From NCBI GenBank assembly GCA_048938295.1, contig JBHLMI010000001.1:1-29348 (forward strand): 29,348 nt of DNA. Reading direction: 5' to 3'. Below the pieces are notes generated by a model that was not told the DNA's origin, did not search any database, and saw only the letters and a list, made by a program, of their open reading frames with translations. Position 1 is the stretch's first letter. Each line of letters begins with the position of its first letter. Below are positions 25,703-29,348 of this stretch, piece by piece. Source of the DNA: Promethearchaeota archaeon. Its GTDB lineage: Archaea; Asgardarchaeota; Hermodarchaeia; Hermodarchaeales; Hermodarchaeaceae. A program made the position numbers and the translations under genes.

Positions 25703-25740
25703 GAGCAACCACTGCGGTTGCTCCGCCTCCTTTCTTTTTT
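25703..25740 (+). terminator. Hairpin + pyrimidine/U-tract ending the thiolase-DUF35 operon
   Basis: GAGCAACC-ACTGC-GGTTGCTC is a perfect 8-bp stem 1 nt after TAG, followed by CGCCTCCTTTCTTTTTT. Confidence 0.6.
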
Positions 25741-25766
25741 ATCAACTTAGTAAGAGTGCAGTAGAC

Positions 25767-26057
25767 TTATCGTGCACAGCTGGGTTTCTGGTAGGTGAGC
25801 CGGTATCGGACTTGAAAGGTCACATCATCTTCGGCTTCGAAGTCAACGACAGCAAGGCTGATTGGTGAGCGGTCATCGAGCTCGAAAATGAGGTCTTCAA
25901 AGTAGTCCAGCATACCACAGGTTCGACAAAATGACCCGGTGAATCGGATGTAGATTTCGTTGTTGTCAAAGCCGATAAACTCGGCGAAAGCTTCAGGGCT
26001 GCGGAGTCGGTTGAAATTGGCAATGGCTCGTGTAATGGTATCTGGTGGTGCTGGCAT
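25767..26057 (-). CDS. Small archaeal CxxC protein (NifU-C-like pattern)
   Basis: FNRLRSPEA...IRFTGSFCRTCGMLDYFED resembles the hxhxGxCxxC motif of NifU C-terminal domains. Confidence 0.75.
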   Translation of the reverse strand: MPAPPDTITRAIANFNRLRSPEAFAEFIGFDNNEIYIRFTGSFCRTCGMLDYFEDLIFELDDRSPISLAVVDFEAEDDVTFQVRYRLTYQKPSCAR

Positions 26058-26108
26058 AACTTATATTCCTCTGGATTTCTGGTTTTGAGGGCTTCGCTTT
26101 TACCAATA

Positions 26109-27020
26109 TTAGCTTATTAGTTCATCGCTGTTCGGAATGAGGCTCATGGCTAGTCCTTTGGCCATTACTTCGATGAAGAGAGGGCGGGCTTCTGGGGGAA
26201 AGACTTCGAGTTCCTGAAGGAAGCGGTCTCGAATCGCCTCCATTATCGAAGCCTTGGTTGGTTCAGTGTGCCAGGCCTGCTCAACGGTTTCTTTCCACGA
26301 ATCCAAAGTCGATAAAGCGCGATGAAAAATCACGGGAATATCCGATCCCGTGATGGCGCCGAAATGCGAGAATATCAGGACTGCAGGATCATATCCCTGC
26401 AATTTCTCGATGGATGCTTTGTAAGCATTAAACTTGAAGCTTGGAGGAAAGGAAGTCGGGGTCACGGTGTAATTCTTGGGGCCCAGCAAGCCCATTGCGT
26501 CCCCCGTATACAGGGTTCGAGAGCTGGTTTCGAAATAAGCAAGATGATCGGAGGTATGACCAGGCGTGCCGATGATTTCCACACTTAAGTTATCCCCGAG
26601 CTCGAATTGATCACCATCATCAACCTCCCACGTGGCAACGGAATCTGGTAGGGGGTGAATCGGTTGAGCGAATTTACCAAACAGTTCCTTGGCACCGCGG
26701 TTTAATCGACTCGGGTCGTGCAGAGTGGCAATGGCATACTTATGTCCCACAACTTTTGCTTCTGTTAGTGAATCTGCTAATGGTGTGGCACCACCACAAT
26801 GATCACCGTGCCTGTGGGTCACACAGATGAAGCGAACAGTATCTAAGGGAATCAACCGTGACTGTAATGCCGTAAGGATTTGATCACCACACCGATGATG
26901 CCCAGTTTCAATAATTGCCGTCTCCTTCCCCCGGATGATGAGGCTGGTGGTTGTGTGGTGAAAATCCCAGCCCTGAACGTCAATCAACTCGATGTGATTG
27001 GTTATCGATTGAGGTCGCAT
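26109..27020 (-). CDS. MBL-fold metallo-hydrolase (glyoxalase II-like)
   Basis: IETG, THRHGDHCGG, TPGHTSDH, TGDAMG and SHFG. ATG 27020; 27041 is an alternative. Confidence 0.9.
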   Translation of the reverse strand: MRPQSITNHIELIDVQGWDFHHTTTSLIIRGKETAIIETGHHRCGDQILTALQSRLIPLDTVRFICVTHRHGDHCGGATPLADSLTEAKVVGHKYAIATLHDPSRLNRGAKELFGKFAQPIHPLPDSVATWEVDDGDQFELGDNLSVEIIGTPGHTSDHLAYFETSSRTLYTGDAMGLLGPKNYTVTPTSFPPSFKFNAYKASIEKLQGYDPAVLIFSHFGAITGSDIPVIFHRALSTLDSWKETVEQAWHTEPTKASIMEAIRDRFLQELEVFPPEARPLFIEVMAKGLAMSLIPNSDELIS

Positions 27021-27150
27021 AATGAATGGCATTCGAATCATTCACCTGTGAGGTGGTCAATTTACTTGAAGCTAGAAAAGGCTTTTTGCTTTTCGTCACC
27101 TTGAAAAAGATAATTCCTTTCCTCCTATTGATGAATCGAGGGTTATCTCC

Positions 27151-27837
27151 GTGGAAGCTTCACCCCAACGAATCACCCGGCACACCTATTGTATCGGTGG
27201 ACCCAATATCACCGATCCTGAAGATGCCTTCATGTACCTTGTCGACTTGGGCGGGCCTCTCGTTTTGATTGATGCAGGTATCGGACGGAGCACAGACCGA
27301 ATACTAGCCAATATCAAAACGCTGGGTTTGGATCCGAGCAAGATTGAGTTATTGGTATTGACGCACGAACATGCAGATCATGTTGGAGGTGCGGTGCCCC
27401 TTCAGGCGCGGTTGAAGTTCAAAATCGCTGCTCATGAGATGGCTGTTCGAGCCATTAGCCAGGGGGATCCCATTGCAACTGCTGCGAATTATTATCGTAT
27501 GGAGGTTCCGCCAACTCCGATTGATGTGCCCCTCCGCAAGGATGCTGGTGACGTCCCAATTGGTAAGGGGGAACTTCGGTATCTCCATATTCCTGGTCAT
27601 ACGCCTGGAAGTATTGTGCTATATTTCAAAGATGGAGACCGCCGTGTGTTGTTTGGGCAAGATCTGCATGGTCCTTTCAACGTGGCGTGGGGGAGTGATG
27701 TTAATCAGTGGCGGACCTCCATGAAGTTGGTCCAAGCTTTGCAGGCGGATATCCTCTGTGAAGGGCACTTTGGAGTTTATCGTGGGAAATCCGCTGTCCG
27801 GCAATTCATTCATGGACTGCTCTCGCAGATCAGTTAA
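27151..27837 (+). CDS. MBL-fold metallo-hydrolase
   Basis: IDAG, THEHADHVGG, IPGHTPGS, FGQDLHG and EGHFG. Confidence 0.9.
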   Translation: MEASPQRITRHTYCIGGPNITDPEDAFMYLVDLGGPLVLIDAGIGRSTDRILANIKTLGLDPSKIELLVLTHEHADHVGGAVPLQARLKFKIAAHEMAVRAISQGDPIATAANYYRMEVPPTPIDVPLRKDAGDVPIGKGELRYLHIPGHTPGSIVLYFKDGDRRVLFGQDLHGPFNVAWGSDVNQWRTSMKLVQALQADILCEGHFGVYRGKSAVRQFIHGLLSQIS

Positions 27838-27983
27838 CCTTCGGTTTTGGGAGTTTCTGTGGGTTCTTGCTGTTGGCGGCGACGCCAAAGGTAATCGATT
27901 TCCCACAGAACTACGCCCACGATGAGTAAGACTGCCCCTGCGATGGCGATGTACCAAGGTATTCTCCTATTTTTCCCTTTCAA
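27834..27983 (-). CDS. Putative 49-aa single-pass membrane microprotein
   Basis: Hand translation from TTG 27983 gives MKGKNRRIPWYIAIAGAVLLIVGVVLWEIDYLWRRRQQQEPTETPKTEG*. Its stop shares the TTAA at 27834-27837 with the convergent MBL gene. The start codon is uncertain. Confidence 0.6.
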   Translation of the reverse strand: MKGKNRRIPWYIAIAGAVLLIVGVVLWEIDYLWRRRQQQEPTETPKTEG

Positions 27984-29136
27984 GTATTGTTGCTGTACCT
28001 AGTCCAAGCCCGCAACAAAACGTCGCTAGTCCATACTGGCCATCAGTTTGCTCCATGACATTGAGCAGAGTAGTGATTACTCGGGCACCGGATGCTCCTA
28101 ATGGATGGCCCAACGCAATCGATCCTCCATTGACGTTCAATCGCGGGTCCTTGAGGGGATCAAAGCCCAACATCTTGCCGGCGGCGATTACAACACTCGC
28201 AAATGCCTCATTGACCTCAATCGCATGAAGATCATCAATGGTGAGATTTGCCCGTTCTAAGGCAGGTGGTGTAGCGAAGATCGGTCCCTCCAAACAAATG
28301 ACGGGCTCAGTGCCAACCACAGCCTGTGATTTCACTACTGCGCGAGCCTTTAGTCCGTGCTCATCTGCTTTTTCCCGTGACATGAGCATCACTGCTGCTG
28401 CCCCATCGTTTATCGGGCAGCTATTTCCAGCGGTAACTACGCCACCAAACAGCGGAGGAAGCGTTGCCAGTTTTTCCAACGAGGTGGTGGGACGCGGACT
28501 TTCATCCTTCTCGATGGTTACCCAGCTTCCATCTTCCTGCTTTGCAGGCGTTGGCACGACTTCGTTCTTGAATTTGCCAGTCTCCCAAGCAGCTACTGCT
28601 TTCTGATGGCTCCACAAGGCAAACTTGTCAAGGTCTTCGCGGGGTATCTTGTATTTTTCCGCCATTCGCTCAGCACTCATGGGCATTGGTATAAACTGGT
28701 ATTTTTTGAGGAGTTCGGGATTGAAAGCTGCCCACCCTTCCCCAAAATCAGCACCGATAGGAAGCCAGGACATGTGCTCTACACCTGCTGCAATAACGAT
28801 GTCCGCGTTGTATGTGGATATAGACTGGGCGGCGAAATTTACTGCTTGCTGGGACGAACCACAAGCTCGATTGATTGAGCAGCCAGGTACAGTATATGGA
28901 AAATCAGCACCTAGCAATGCTAATCGACCAATGTTTGCCCCTTGCCAGGCAGTTTGGGTATTACAACCCATCATCACATCGTCAACGTCTTTAGGTTCAA
29001 CCCTCATTCGTTTCGTGATTTCACGAAGGACATGAGACGCCAATTCATCGGGTCGGGTATGTGCATATGCACGATCTTTCCGTCCAATGGGTGTTCGGAT
29101 AGCATCAACAATTACAGTGTCACGGAGTTCTTTCAT
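27967..29136 (-). CDS. fadA: Acetyl-CoA C-acyltransferase (classical degradative thiolase)
   Basis: INRACGSS (nucleophilic Cys), NEAFA, GHPLGASG and CCGLGLG. ATG 29136 follows SD GGTGA. Confidence 0.9.
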   Translation of the reverse strand: MKELRDTVIVDAIRTPIGRKDRAYAHTRPDELASHVLREITKRMRVEPKDVDDVMMGCNTQTAWQGANIGRLALLGADFPYTVPGCSINRACGSSQQAVNFAAQSISTYNADIVIAAGVEHMSWLPIGADFGEGWAAFNPELLKKYQFIPMPMSAERMAEKYKIPREDLDKFALWSHQKAVAAWETGKFKNEVVPTPAKQEDGSWVTIEKDESPRPTTSLEKLATLPPLFGGVVTAGNSCPINDGAAAVMLMSREKADEHGLKARAVVKSQAVVGTEPVICLEGPIFATPPALERANLTIDDLHAIEVNEAFASVVIAAGKMLGFDPLKDPRLNVNGGSIALGHPLGASGARVITTLLNVMEQTDGQYGLATFCCGLGLGTATILEREK

Positions 29137-29157
29137 ACAAGTCACCTTTACGGATTA

Positions 29158-29348
29158 TTATTCGCCTTTGAATTCAGGTTTCCGTTTTTGCAAGAATGCG
29201 GTCATACCCTCAAAAATGTCTTTTGTTGTAAACGTTTTCGCAAATGCCTGCGCTTCATAGGCCAACCCGATTTCAAGTGGGACTTGTGTGCCATAGTTAA
29301 GACATTGCTTTACCAGTTTCATTGCAATTGGTGCTCGCTCTGCGAGTG
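29158..29348 (-). CDS. Enoyl-CoA hydratase/crotonase C-terminus (5' part outside the window)
   Basis: Hand translation LAERAPIAMKLVKQCLNYG...GLAYEAQAFAKTFTTKDIFEGMTAFLQKRKPEFKGE* is a typical crotonase C-terminus. Confidence 0.88.
   Translation of the reverse strand, partial: LAERAPIAMKLVKQCLNYGTQVPLEIGLAYEAQAFAKTFTTKDIFEGMTAFLQKRKPEFKGE

Noticed and set aside
1-29348. Selenocysteine or pyrrolysine read-through (known in some Asgard lineages)
   Set aside because: All TGA- and TAG-terminated genes end at plausible family C-termini, and no catalytic motif is interrupted by a stop.

Overview
Gene-dense archaeal chromosomal window, about 46% GC by eye, with archaeal-type SD (GGTGA/GGAGG) and TATA-like elements. 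I found no rRNA, tRNA, CRISPR array or mobile element. The gene content points to an Asgard archaeon (inference). Three paralogous single-gelsolin-domain proteins (1DGelX-like; 2029-2817, 3035-3751, 6162-7094) lie within about 5 kb, interleaved with a membrane protein, a small ferredoxin-like protein and a beta-CASP nuclease. The rest of the window encodes a class II HMG-CoA reductase, a V4R protein, a CxxC/His + winged-helix protein, a LarA-family/FGGY-kinase pair, a sirtuin, a radical SAM enzyme, TldD/PmbA, M24 and M29 aminopeptidases, an APC permease with a USP, two Cys-less thiolase-fold proteins with two DUF35 partners, two MBL hydrolases, a classical thiolase and a partial enoyl-CoA hydratase. 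Three genes are absent from the ORF track: a partial coiled-coil protein (1-713), a 49-aa membrane microprotein (27834-27983) and the partial crotonase (29158-29348). The most striking non-protein signal is a pair of abrupt C-rich to G-rich flips at synonymous sites inside genes, at about 17020 and 24376. All family calls come from motif recognition only; no database searches were run.
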